Origin: Bacteroidales bacterium
GTDB taxonomy: Bacteria > Bacteroidota > Bacteroidia > Bacteroidales > UBA932
Length of the DNA: 64,000 bases
Assembly (NCBI GenBank): GCA_012744435.1
Contig: JAAYCA010000060.1
Coordinates: 4,067 to 68,066 of the forward strand
Reading direction: 5' to 3'
The notes below the pieces were generated by a model. That model was given only the letters and a program-made list of their open reading frames with translations. It searched no databases and was not told where the DNA came from. The position numbers were made by a program, and so were the translations under genes. This document shows, one piece after another, positions 45,131 through 54,042 of this stretch. Positions within the stretch are counted from its first letter, which is position 1; every line of letters begins with the position of its first letter.

Positions 45131-47058
45131 CACGACACCTCTTCATCCTGCCGGCCCTCGCCATCCTCTTCGCCACCTGCCTGAACGCCGGCGCACAGCA
45201 GTACGACATCCTTCAGCAACTAAAGGAGCACCCTGAATACCTCGACGGCACGGACCACCTCTGCCCAACCGGTCCCATCGCCCAGACACGCGCTCCGCGC
45301 GGCTACAAGCCCTTCTACATCAGCCACTACGGACGGCACGGCGCCCGCTATGCCTGGCAGAGCGACATGTACGAACGGCTGAACGACGTCTTCTCTGCGG
45401 CCGCACAGCAGGGCAACCTCACCGCTCTGGGTGCTTCTTTCAAGGAACGTTTCGACGGGCTGTATCCGTCGGTCCGCTACCGCGTGGGCGATCTCTCGCA
45501 CAAAGGCTGGCAACAACAGCAGGAGCTCGCCTCCCGGATGTACGATACATTTCCGAAGGTTTTTCGGAAGGGTGCGAAGGTCCGTTCCTGGACCTCGACC
45601 TCCACGCGCTGCATCATGACGATGTCCGCCTTCTGCCTCGGGCTGAAGGCGAAAGATCCGAAACTGGACATTTTCGAGAACTTCGGCGTCAGTTTCCTGC
45701 CGGCCATCCTACCGCTCGACAGCAAGAATCCCTTCCGGGAAGAGTCCTTCCAGACCACGCCATTGCGCTTCAGTGAGACCTGGGAGCAGTATATCGAGCG
45801 CACGGTGGACTACCGCGCCATCCTGTCGCGGCTCTTCAAGGACCGGGACAAGGCCCTTCCGGCTGCGGAACAGTGGGATTTCGTTTCCTACCTGTACTTC
45901 TTTGCAGCGGGCATGCGCAGCCTGGACACGGATCTCGTCTTCACAGACATCTTTACCCCGGAAGAGCGCATCGCCCTCTGGAAGATCGACGATTTCCAGT
46001 TCTATGCCCAAGCCTGGCCCACGCACCTGGGTTACCGGCCCATCGTCAAGGATTTCATCGCAAAGGCCGACGAGCGCATCGCCACGGGCGAGAAGGGCGC
46101 CGACCTGCGTTTCGGCCACGACTACACCTTCCTGCCGCTGCTGATGACCCTCGGCGTGAATGGTTTCGACCGCGACATCACCGACCCCGACGAGATTCCG
46201 GTCTGGTGCCAGTTGCACGAGGTGCCGATGGGTGCCAACCTCCACTTCGTCTTCTATCGCCGCCCGCGCAGCTCCAGAATCCTTTTCAAAGTCCTCCTCA
46301 ACGGCAAGGAAGCCCGGCTCCCGCTCAAGACGGACATCTGGCCCTACTATGACTGGGATGCATTCAAGCAACAGGCAAGTCTCCCGGAAATGGGAGAGTA
46401 CACCACTGTCCGGACAGCCGTTCCGGAGGTCTCCGGCCTGTGCCTGAATCCGGGCGGGGATGGCCTTCTGGCCACCTCGGACGAGAAAGGCGTGTACCAT
46501 GTCAGCTGGACCGGCGAGACGGGCGAATTCTACACCGAAGAAAGCATGGACTGCGAAGGCGTCACCATCGATCCCGCCACGGGAGACGTCTATTATGTCG
46601 TCGAGGGCAAACAGGAACTCCGCCGGCTGCGCGCCCCGGAATACAACGAGCCGGAACTCCTGACGGTGATCTCAGAAGCGGGCTTTGGCACCAACAGCGG
46701 CCTTGAGGCCGTCACCTGGTTGGGCGACGGCACCCTGCTGATCGGCAACCAGGCAGACCCGACCCTGCTGATCCGCTATTCCCTCACCGAAGGCATCCTC
46801 GCCCGTACGGAAATCACGGAAGGCATCAAGGACATCTCCGACCTGTGCTACGACCCGGTACGAAATGCGCTCTGGATTGCCGACAGCGAGCAGCGGACCT
46901 TCCATCTCTGCACCTTGAAAGGCAGGGTGCTGGCCACATATCCGGTGCCGTTCATCGACAACGGGGAAGGCCTGTACGTGGATCGCGACCACCAGTGCAT
47001 CTGGATAGGAGACGACACCACGTCCATGCTCTACAAGTTTTCTTTCAAGAACCTATAG
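45127..47058 (+). CDS. Secreted fusion: histidine (acid) phosphatase branch-2 domain + SdiA-regulated/phytase-like beta-propeller domain
   Basis: 643 aa with a signal peptide and an RHG motif (ISHYGRHGARY) plus a downstream HD (RFGHDYT). The C-terminal part, about 220 aa, has repeated blades (EVSGLCLNP.., CEGVTIDPATGDVYYV, GLEAVTWLGDGTLLI, ISDLCYDPVRNALWIAD, GEGLYVD..IWIGDD). Confidence 0.75.
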   Translation: MTRHLFILPALAILFATCLNAGAQQYDILQQLKEHPEYLDGTDHLCPTGPIAQTRAPRGYKPFYISHYGRHGARYAWQSDMYERLNDVFSAAAQQGNLTALGASFKERFDGLYPSVRYRVGDLSHKGWQQQQELASRMYDTFPKVFRKGAKVRSWTSTSTRCIMTMSAFCLGLKAKDPKLDIFENFGVSFLPAILPLDSKNPFREESFQTTPLRFSETWEQYIERTVDYRAILSRLFKDRDKALPAAEQWDFVSYLYFFAAGMRSLDTDLVFTDIFTPEERIALWKIDDFQFYAQAWPTHLGYRPIVKDFIAKADERIATGEKGADLRFGHDYTFLPLLMTLGVNGFDRDITDPDEIPVWCQLHEVPMGANLHFVFYRRPRSSRILFKVLLNGKEARLPLKTDIWPYYDWDAFKQQASLPEMGEYTTVRTAVPEVSGLCLNPGGDGLLATSDEKGVYHVSWTGETGEFYTEESMDCEGVTIDPATGDVYYVVEGKQELRRLRAPEYNEPELLTVISEAGFGTNSGLEAVTWLGDGTLLIGNQADPTLLIRYSLTEGILARTEITEGIKDISDLCYDPVRNALWIADSEQRTFHLCTLKGRVLATYPVPFIDNGEGLYVDRDHQCIWIGDDTTSMLYKFSFKNL

Positions 47059-47850
47059 CCCACTTTCCGCGGCCTCGACGGCCTTGAAATAGCGGTAGCT
47101 GCTCACCTTCACCTCTCCGATGGCGGCTTCGTCGCAGACGATGATGCCATCGGGGTGGTTCTGCAAGGCGCTCACGGTGTTGTAGTGGGACATCGGTCCT
47201 TCGATGGCGCCGGCCAGGGCACGGGCCTTCTTCGACCCGAAGGCGAGGATCATCACCTCGCGCGAATCCATCACCGTGGCCACGCCCACGGACATCGCAC
47301 GGGCAGGCACGGCAGCCGGATCTCCTCCGAAGAAACGGGAATTGACCTCGCGGGTGTCCTGCGTAAGTGTCACCACGCGGGTACGGGACGAAAGCGGGGA
47401 GAATGGTTCGTTGAAGGCAATGTGGCCATCCTCGCCGATCCCGCCCATGAACAGGTCGATCCCGCCGGCCTTTTCAATAGCCCGCTCATATTCGGCACAT
47501 TCAGCCTCGGGATCGGCAGCGTTGCCGTCCAGGATATGGATATGATCCTCAGGGATATCAATGTGGTCGAAAAAGTTCCTGTGCATGAAGGCGTGATAGC
47601 TTTCGGGATGCTCCTCGGGCAGGCCAACGTACTCGTCCATGTTGAATGTAATCACATTTTTGAAGGACAATCCGCCCGACTTGACCATGCGGACGAGCTC
47701 GGCGTACGTGGCAAGCGGGGTGGAGCCGGTAGGCAGGCCCAGCACGAAGGGCTTGCGCGTCTGCGCGGCTTTCTCCCGAATCCGGGCGGCGATGTGACGG
47801 GCCGCCCACAGACCGCCTTCCGCGGCATTTTCGCGAATGATGACTTTCAT
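47053..47850 (-). CDS. nagB: Glucosamine-6-phosphate deaminase
   Basis: 265 aa with GLPTGSTP, FNMDEYVGL and GIGEDGHIAFNEP. Confidence 0.95.
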   Translation of the reverse strand: MKVIIRENAAEGGLWAARHIAARIREKAAQTRKPFVLGLPTGSTPLATYAELVRMVKSGGLSFKNVITFNMDEYVGLPEEHPESYHAFMHRNFFDHIDIPEDHIHILDGNAADPEAECAEYERAIEKAGGIDLFMGGIGEDGHIAFNEPFSPLSSRTRVVTLTQDTREVNSRFFGGDPAAVPARAMSVGVATVMDSREVMILAFGSKKARALAGAIEGPMSHYNTVSALQNHPDGIIVCDEAAIGEVKVSSYRYFKAVEAAESGL

Positions 47851-47854
47851 GGTA

Positions 47855-49780
47855 TCAGCATAGTTTTAAAAAGACTTCAATGGCCTGGTATTCCGCCATG
47901 CCGAGCTGGTCGTAGAGGCGGGCGGTGTTCTGCGTACGCTCCTCCGCCCGCTGCCAGAACTCGCGGGAATCCTCTCCCGGGAAGGGAACGATGTCTTTCT
48001 GCGAGAGGTGGCGGAAGATGGCGTGGCGCTTTTTGATGACCTCCTCCGGACTCAGCGGGACGGCCATGTCCACACGGCCCAGCTCCCACTCCATCCAGGC
48101 GCCGCGATAAAGCCAGATGTGGGTCTGCGCCAGCCAGTCCCGGCCTTCGGCGCGCAGCTGCTCCACCGCCTCCAGGGCGGCTTCCGTGCACACGCGGTGC
48201 GTACCGTGCGGATCCGCCAGATCGCCCGCCATGAAGATCATATGTGGCTTAAGCCGGCAAACCAGCTCCTTGATGATGTCCACGTCTGCCTGCGTCCGCG
48301 GCATCTTCTTGATGCCCCCGGATTCATAGAAAGGGAGATTGAGGAAATGGACGTTGGTGCTGTCGTTCAGCCCGAAGGAGCGGACGGCAGCACGGGCTTC
48401 GCTGCGGCGGATGGCTGCCTTGAGGGAAAGCATCTTACGCGGCTCGGGCTCGCCCGGCACCTTGGCATCCACCAGCGCCTTGACTTCGGCGTAGCGATCG
48501 TCCATCCCCAACTGGGCGGCGGCGTCCATGTGCTGAAGCACCACGTCATCATGGACGGCCACGTCGCCAGAGGTCTGGTAGGCCACATGTACATCATGGC
48601 CTTGAGAGACCAGACGGATGAATGTACCGCCCATCGAGATCACGTCGTCGTCGGGATGCGGGGAGAAGATCAGCACTGTCTTCGGGAACGGGCTGGCCGG
48701 GACCGGCCGGGTGCTGTCATCCGCGTTCGGCTTGCCGCCAGGCCATCCGGTAATGGTGTGCTGGAGGTCGTTGAACACGTCGATATTGACCTTGTCAAAG
48801 GGGCCGTAGGACTCCAGCAGTTCGCCGAGGTTATTCTCCAGATAATCCTGCTCTCTGAGTTTGAGGATCGGCTTGCCGACGGTCTGGCAAAGCCACACCA
48901 CGGCCTTGCGGACGAGTTTCGGCTTCCAGTCGCAAGGGCCGACGAGCCAGGGCGCCACCACGCGGGTGAGCAGACTCCCTGCCGTCGCATCCACAAAGAA
49001 GTGGATGTGGTCGTGACGCTGCAGGAGCGACGCCGGACAGGCCGTCGTCATCTCGCCCTCGGCGATGGCTTTCACCGCCTGCGCCTTGTCCTCGCCCCAG
49101 GCCATCAGCACGATGCGGCCGGCAGTGAGCATCGTTCCGATACCCATTGTGATGGCCGTCTGAGGCGTGACGGCGATATCATTGCCGAAATGGCGCGCCT
49201 GGCGCTTGCGCGAGCCGTACGACAGGCGCACGGTGCGGGTACGTGTCTTTTCATTGCTGCCGGCTTCGTTGAAGCCCACCTGCCCCTCTTCGCCGATGCC
49301 GATCACCAGAAGATCCAGGCCACGGGCGATTTTGTCGAAAGCCGCACAATAGGCGGAGACCTCCGCCTGCGGTACGGTCCCGTCAGGGATGTGGATGTTC
49401 TCCTTCAAGATATCAACCTTGTCCAGCAGCGCCTCATGAAGGCGGTGATTGCGGCTTTGCAACTCATCGGACGATGACGGATAGTATTCATCGATGGAGA
49501 CGATCTCCACGCCACGGAAAGAGACCTCCCCTGTCTCGTAGCGGTGCGCCAGTTCGGCATAGAGCGACACCGGCGTGGTGCCGGTCGTAAGTCCCAGGCG
49601 GAACAGCCGTCCCTTGCAAGCCTTGATGGACGCGACGATGAGATCGGCCACGGCACAAGAAGCCGGGACGGATTCCGGATAGATCTCCGTCCATATTTTC
49701 TCGTAATTATGAAGAATGCCTCCCGGAATATTCTCTTCGATCAGTCCCCCTTCGCAGGGTAAAGTAAAGTGCTTGTCCAT
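47855..49780 (-). CDS. NagB-like sugar-phosphate isomerase/deaminase domain fused to an LmbE/PIG-L de-N-acetylase domain
   Basis: About 641 aa from MDKHFTLP. The N-terminal half has GLTTGTTP, SIDEYY and GIGEEGQVGFNE. The C-terminal half has VLIFSPHPDDDVISMGG...HDVHVAYQTSG, typical of LmbE. Confidence 0.8.
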   Translation of the reverse strand: MDKHFTLPCEGGLIEENIPGGILHNYEKIWTEIYPESVPASCAVADLIVASIKACKGRLFRLGLTTGTTPVSLYAELAHRYETGEVSFRGVEIVSIDEYYPSSSDELQSRNHRLHEALLDKVDILKENIHIPDGTVPQAEVSAYCAAFDKIARGLDLLVIGIGEEGQVGFNEAGSNEKTRTRTVRLSYGSRKRQARHFGNDIAVTPQTAITMGIGTMLTAGRIVLMAWGEDKAQAVKAIAEGEMTTACPASLLQRHDHIHFFVDATAGSLLTRVVAPWLVGPCDWKPKLVRKAVVWLCQTVGKPILKLREQDYLENNLGELLESYGPFDKVNIDVFNDLQHTITGWPGGKPNADDSTRPVPASPFPKTVLIFSPHPDDDVISMGGTFIRLVSQGHDVHVAYQTSGDVAVHDDVVLQHMDAAAQLGMDDRYAEVKALVDAKVPGEPEPRKMLSLKAAIRRSEARAAVRSFGLNDSTNVHFLNLPFYESGGIKKMPRTQADVDIIKELVCRLKPHMIFMAGDLADPHGTHRVCTEAALEAVEQLRAEGRDWLAQTHIWLYRGAWMEWELGRVDMAVPLSPEEVIKKRHAIFRHLSQKDIVPFPGEDSREFWQRAEERTQNTARLYDQLGMAEYQAIEVFLKLC

Positions 49781-49808
49781 TTGCAAACCCAATTTCTTGT
49801 CGTCTTTG

Positions 49809-49872
49809 CAAAAATAGCTTATTCCAGGGACTCCTCTAACGGAAAATGCGTATTTCGATACGCTGTTTGCGT
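49809..49872 (-). promoter_or_regulatory. Promoter (-7 box TAttTTTG) plus direct-repeat operator, site S3, upstream of the nagB-LmbE/nagB pair
   Basis: AATGCGT at 49845-49851 and TTTGCGT at 49866-49872 (21-bp spacing) flank ATTTCGATAC. The -7 complement caaaaata lies at 49809-49816, 28 nt from the operator. Confidence 0.6.
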
Positions 49873-49879
49873 ATTCCGC

Positions 49880-50482
49880 TCAGAGTTCGTCGGAGAACTC
49901 CTCCGCCGGGACCCGCACCGCATGGGTGGGTCCCGGCTGTGCGTCAGCCACGCCCACCGGGAAGAGGCAGACAATTTCGTAACCCGCAGTCTCGGGAAAA
50001 TCGGCCTTGATCCTGGCAGGATCGAAGGATCCTACCCAGACATTGCCCAGTCCCAGGGCGGAGGCCTCGAGCATGATGTGCGTGCCTACGATGGCGGCAT
50101 CGATCTCCGCGCCGTTCTTGTCGTCGTACTTCCGCACCCAGGCGGCGTCTGCCTTGGCGCCCACCATGAACACGGCCGGGGCGCCGTAGGTATAGTCCGT
50201 GGCGCCTTTCAGCTTGGCGAGGCCTTCGGGGCTCTTGACCACCCACACGTGGACGGGCTGCCTGTTGGCGGCCGTCGGGGCCAGTCTCGCGGCCTCCAGG
50301 ATCTCGTCGATCTGGCCCTGCGTCAGGGGATTGGGCTTGAAAGCCCGGCAGGAATACCGCTCCCGGACCAGCGCCTTGAACGCGCTCTCCTTGCCGGCAA
50401 CCCGCTCCGGGACGTCCGAGAAGGCCGCACGGCGGGATATGTGCGTCAAGTCGGAGACCTTTTTCAGGAATTTAGACTTCAT
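49880..50482 (-). CDS. Nitroreductase-family protein
   Basis: 200 aa with RYSCRAF....L....I.EILEAARLAPTAANRQP and a C-terminal GLG.VWVG block. Confidence 0.85.
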   Translation of the reverse strand: MKSKFLKKVSDLTHISRRAAFSDVPERVAGKESAFKALVRERYSCRAFKPNPLTQGQIDEILEAARLAPTAANRQPVHVWVVKSPEGLAKLKGATDYTYGAPAVFMVGAKADAAWVRKYDDKNGAEIDAAIVGTHIMLEASALGLGNVWVGSFDPARIKADFPETAGYEIVCLFPVGVADAQPGPTHAVRVPAEEFSDEL

Positions 50483-50502
50483 GGCTATTAAGTTTTCATG
50501 TG

Positions 50503-51549
50503 TTATTCGTTCTCCGGGATCTCGATGAAACGACCCTCGTCGCTGCTGCGCTGTGCGGCAAACACGGCCCGCATGGCCGGCAGGACGCTCCGCGCCGCCA
50601 TCTCGCCCGGTTCACGGGTAATCAGGGCGCGAAGGAACGCGTCGGCCACACCCGAGGCCGTCTGGTTGTCGTTGGTCTGGATGCGCTCGGCCTCCAGGTC
50701 GCGGCGGTTCCCGTCCCGGCCGATCCACTGCAGGGGACGCTGCGGATCGTCATAGATACGGAGGATCCCTTCGGTGCCGTAAATGATCGTGGAGTTGTCT
50801 TCCTCCCCGTAGTAGGTCCAGCTGGCGGTCATCGTGCCCAGGAGGCCCCCCTCCATCCGGAAGAGGCACAGCGCGTTGTCCTCCACCCCGATCGGGGCAC
50901 CGTCCGGGCCCGTCTTGTCGAGGGTGGAAAGCAGTGCGGACACGCCCGTGACGCGTTTTCCGAGCAGATACTGGATCAGGTCCGTCTTGTGGATGCCCAG
51001 ATCCGCCATGACGCCCATGGCCGCCTTGTCCCGGCTGAAAAACCAGGTGTCCTTGCCCGGACGGATGCTCCAGGTCTCCGGTCCGGCATGTCCGAAGGTC
51101 GTACGGAAGGTCAGGACGCGCCCGATCGCTCCGTCCGCAATCAGTTTCCGCGCTTCGCGGTGGGCCTGGGCGAGCCGCTGGTTCTGCGCGATCAGCAGCA
51201 GGCGCTTTTGCCTTTCCGCCGTCTCCACCATCGCCTCGCAATCGGCGAGGGTGGTGGCCATCGGCTTCTCGCAAAGCACGTCCTTGCCCGCCTGCAGCGC
51301 CTGGATGGTGACCTCTGCATGCACCTTGTTGGCAAGACTGATCACCACGGCGTCCACGTCCGGATCGGCGAGCATCTGCGGGATGTCGTCATAGACCTTG
51401 CCGCCGTAACGGGCGGCCATCTGCTCCGCACGCATCCGCGTGGGATTGTAATATCCGACCAGCACCGCATCCGGGTTGCCGGCCAGTTCGGGGATGTGGC
51501 GGATCTGCGCGATCTTGCCGCATCCGATGATTCCGATTCCTTTCTTCAT
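50503..51549 (-). CDS. Gfo/Idh/MocA-family oxidoreductase
   Basis: 348 aa with an N-terminal Rossmann motif IGIIGCGKIAQ.RHIPEL and the EKP motif (VLCEKPMA). Confidence 0.9.
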   Translation of the reverse strand: MKKGIGIIGCGKIAQIRHIPELAGNPDAVLVGYYNPTRMRAEQMAARYGGKVYDDIPQMLADPDVDAVVISLANKVHAEVTIQALQAGKDVLCEKPMATTLADCEAMVETAERQKRLLLIAQNQRLAQAHREARKLIADGAIGRVLTFRTTFGHAGPETWSIRPGKDTWFFSRDKAAMGVMADLGIHKTDLIQYLLGKRVTGVSALLSTLDKTGPDGAPIGVEDNALCLFRMEGGLLGTMTASWTYYGEEDNSTIIYGTEGILRIYDDPQRPLQWIGRDGNRRDLEAERIQTNDNQTASGVADAFLRALITREPGEMAARSVLPAMRAVFAAQRSSDEGRFIEIPENE

Positions 51550-51553
51550 GGCG

Positions 51554-52482
51554 CTACCTCAATCCCAGTTTACGAAGGTATTCCATGCTGCGCGCGGGGC
51601 CCTCAAAGCGATCTGCCGCACCCGCCACGGGCTCGTCCTGCTCGACGCAGAGCCAGCGTGCGCCGCCTTCCGCAGACGCCCGGATCACGGCAAGCATATC
51701 CATGCAGCCATCCCCCAGCGGGCGGAATTCAAACTTGCCGGAAGACGCCCCGGCAGCCTGCGACGGCTCCTGTCCGATCAGGGCGTAGGGGTCGCCGTCC
51801 AGTTCTCCCTCCACGGCATAGTCCTTCAGATGGACGACCGGGATGTAGCCGGAGAATTCCAGAAGGCGCTGCGCCGGATTGAAGCCGGCATAGTCCGCCC
51901 AGCAGACATCCAGCTCCATCTGCAGCTGTTTCCTGTCGGTGGCGGAGAAGATGTAGTCGTGTCCGACCGTGCCGTCCGGCAGCTTCGCGAACTCGAAGTC
52001 ATGGTTGTGGTAAAGCAGCTGGAAGCCGGCATCGCGCACCTTGGTGCCAATTTCCCCAATCCGGGCCACCGTCTGCCGGAACTGGTCCGGATCCACGCCC
52101 GGCCGGCTGGCCGCATCCATGTACGGGAACACGATGTACTGCACCCCGAGCACGGTATTGTCTGCGATCACCCGGTCCAGGTCGTTCATCATTTCCGCAA
52201 AGGGGACATGATTGGAGAAAGGGATCAGCCCCAACTCCGTACAGATCGCCTTGACCTCCAGGGGGTCCGGCCATAATACTCGCCGTAGAACTCGACCCCG
52301 TCGAAGCCCAGGTCACGCACCCGCTTCAGCGTGCCGTAAAAATCTTTTTCCAGGTCCGTGCGGACGCTATAGAGCTGCAGGCCGACCGGAAGCTTCCGGA
52401 GCCCGTCCACCGGGTGCTCGCCGCATCCGGACAAAAGCATAGCTGCCATACAGATAAGAGAGATGATCCGTTTCATATTCAC
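51554..52482 (-). pseudogene. Secreted sugar-phosphate isomerase/epimerase (xylose-isomerase-like TIM barrel), interrupted by a frameshift in a G5 run
   Basis: The N-terminal ORF (52225-52482) has a lipoprotein signal LLSGC followed by LQLYSVR..LGFDGVEFYG. The C-terminal ORF (51554-52234) continues the family (NHDFEF, VHLKD). One extra C/G at 52261-52265 restores ..GRTPLEVKAICTELGLIPFSNH.. in a single frame. Confidence 0.75.
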
Positions 52483-52579
52483 AAATATAAAAAATCTTCC
52501 GAAGAATTATTCCATAAACGGCACTGCCAGACCGGACCGGCCTGGCAGATGCATCCGAGCGTGTCGTTCGGGCCAACGT

Positions 52580-53920
52580 TTACCTTGCCAGGACAGGCAG
52601 TCCGGGATGGCCACCGGGAGAAACGGCGCGGACAGCGAAATAATAGTTGTCCTTGCTCAGCGGGCAACTGAACTCCAGCGGAGCGCCGGAAGGAACGATG
52701 CCGGAGGCACCCGTGGGAAGGGATGGCATCCATTCAGACCGGTCCGTCTCCCGGCACAGCACCTGGTAGGAGACATCCTGCCCGGAGACCGGCTCCCAGG
52801 TGATCACGGTATGGTTGTCCAATTCCCCCGCATTGGCCAGCAGGACGTTTCCGGGCCTGTCCGGGGCCATCGCCAGATTCATCACCGCCGCCAGATTGAC
52901 CCGGATGTTCCGGACCAGGTAGGGGAAGTCGACATAGTCTGCCACGTCGCCATAGGCGGTTCCGTTTTCCGTCCGGACATCCTGGTGGGTACGCTCATAG
53001 TCCTCGCAGTATTCACACACACGGACGGCGGTATAGCCTTCCCGCAGGAAAGAGGAATGGTCTCCGCCGCGCCTGTAACGGTCCGTACGGTAATTGAGGA
53101 CGATTTCCTGCTCCGGGACATAGATGGCGGCCATCTCCTTGATGTAGCGTGCCAGCTGCCGGGAGTCGCTGTCCTCGCCATTGCGGCTCTCCGAGAACAC
53201 CCGGAGCTTGTGATCCTCGACGAGTTCCGTTCCGCTGGCCCGTACGTTGCCGATCATATCATTGTTGAGGACTGCCATGACCGGCCAGTTCTCCCTGCGG
53301 GCCAGGGCGGCAAAGTGGCGGGAGCCATCCAACCCCTGCTCTTCGCCGGAGACGAACAGACACTTGACCGTCTGCTCCAGCGGTATTTGCGACAGGATAC
53401 GAACCGCCTCCAGCAGGCACGCCAGGCCGCTGCTGTCGTCATCGGCCCCGGGGGCGAACTTCGTGGAATCCATGACGTCGAGAACCCGCGTATCGATATG
53501 CGCCATCAGCAGGATTTCCCGTTCGGCCCGGGTGCCGGGGAGGGTGACCATCAGCTCGGGCACTTCCGTGACACGGTCATAGCGGCCGCCGTTCTCGCCG
53601 ACGGTGTAGGAAATGCGTTCCACCAGCGGTTGCGGACGGTCCGGAGCGGCATTCCGCGCCCAACGTTCACAACGGCCGGCCAGATAATCCACGGCTGCGC
53701 CGATACCTTTCTGCGGGTCGGTCTGCGAGCTCAGGGTATGCCGCGTATGGAATGTGACGAGTTCGTCGATATACGTGCGGACGCTGTCGATATCGACCCC
53801 GGCCACCGCGGCGGAAATGACGGGATCGGCCCCGGCCGAAGCCGTTTCCGGTTCATGGCAGGAAGCCAGAATCGCGGCGGCCAGCGCCATTAAGGAAAAA
53901 ATGGGGAGAGATCTTTTCAT
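52580..53920 (-). CDS. M28-family metallopeptidase with a C-terminal FN3-like domain
   Basis: Starts MKRSLPIFSLMALAAAILASC (lipoprotein signal). It has LLMAHIDT, GADDDSSG, SGEEQGL and a C-terminal ITWEPVSG...YYFAVRAV segment. Confidence 0.8.
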   Translation of the reverse strand: MKRSLPIFSLMALAAAILASCHEPETASAGADPVISAAVAGVDIDSVRTYIDELVTFHTRHTLSSQTDPQKGIGAAVDYLAGRCERWARNAAPDRPQPLVERISYTVGENGGRYDRVTEVPELMVTLPGTRAEREILLMAHIDTRVLDVMDSTKFAPGADDDSSGLACLLEAVRILSQIPLEQTVKCLFVSGEEQGLDGSRHFAALARRENWPVMAVLNNDMIGNVRASGTELVEDHKLRVFSESRNGEDSDSRQLARYIKEMAAIYVPEQEIVLNYRTDRYRRGGDHSSFLREGYTAVRVCEYCEDYERTHQDVRTENGTAYGDVADYVDFPYLVRNIRVNLAAVMNLAMAPDRPGNVLLANAGELDNHTVITWEPVSGQDVSYQVLCRETDRSEWMPSLPTGASGIVPSGAPLEFSCPLSKDNYYFAVRAVSPGGHPGLPVLAR

Positions 53921-54042
53921 AAATGAGGATGCTACGGGACACAAATATATGTATTATTTTCCTACATCTAGGGAAATGTACGCCCACCGGCACGGGGCTT
54001 GCCCTTGCCGGATGACAAAAATAATGTAACTTTGGATATCCT

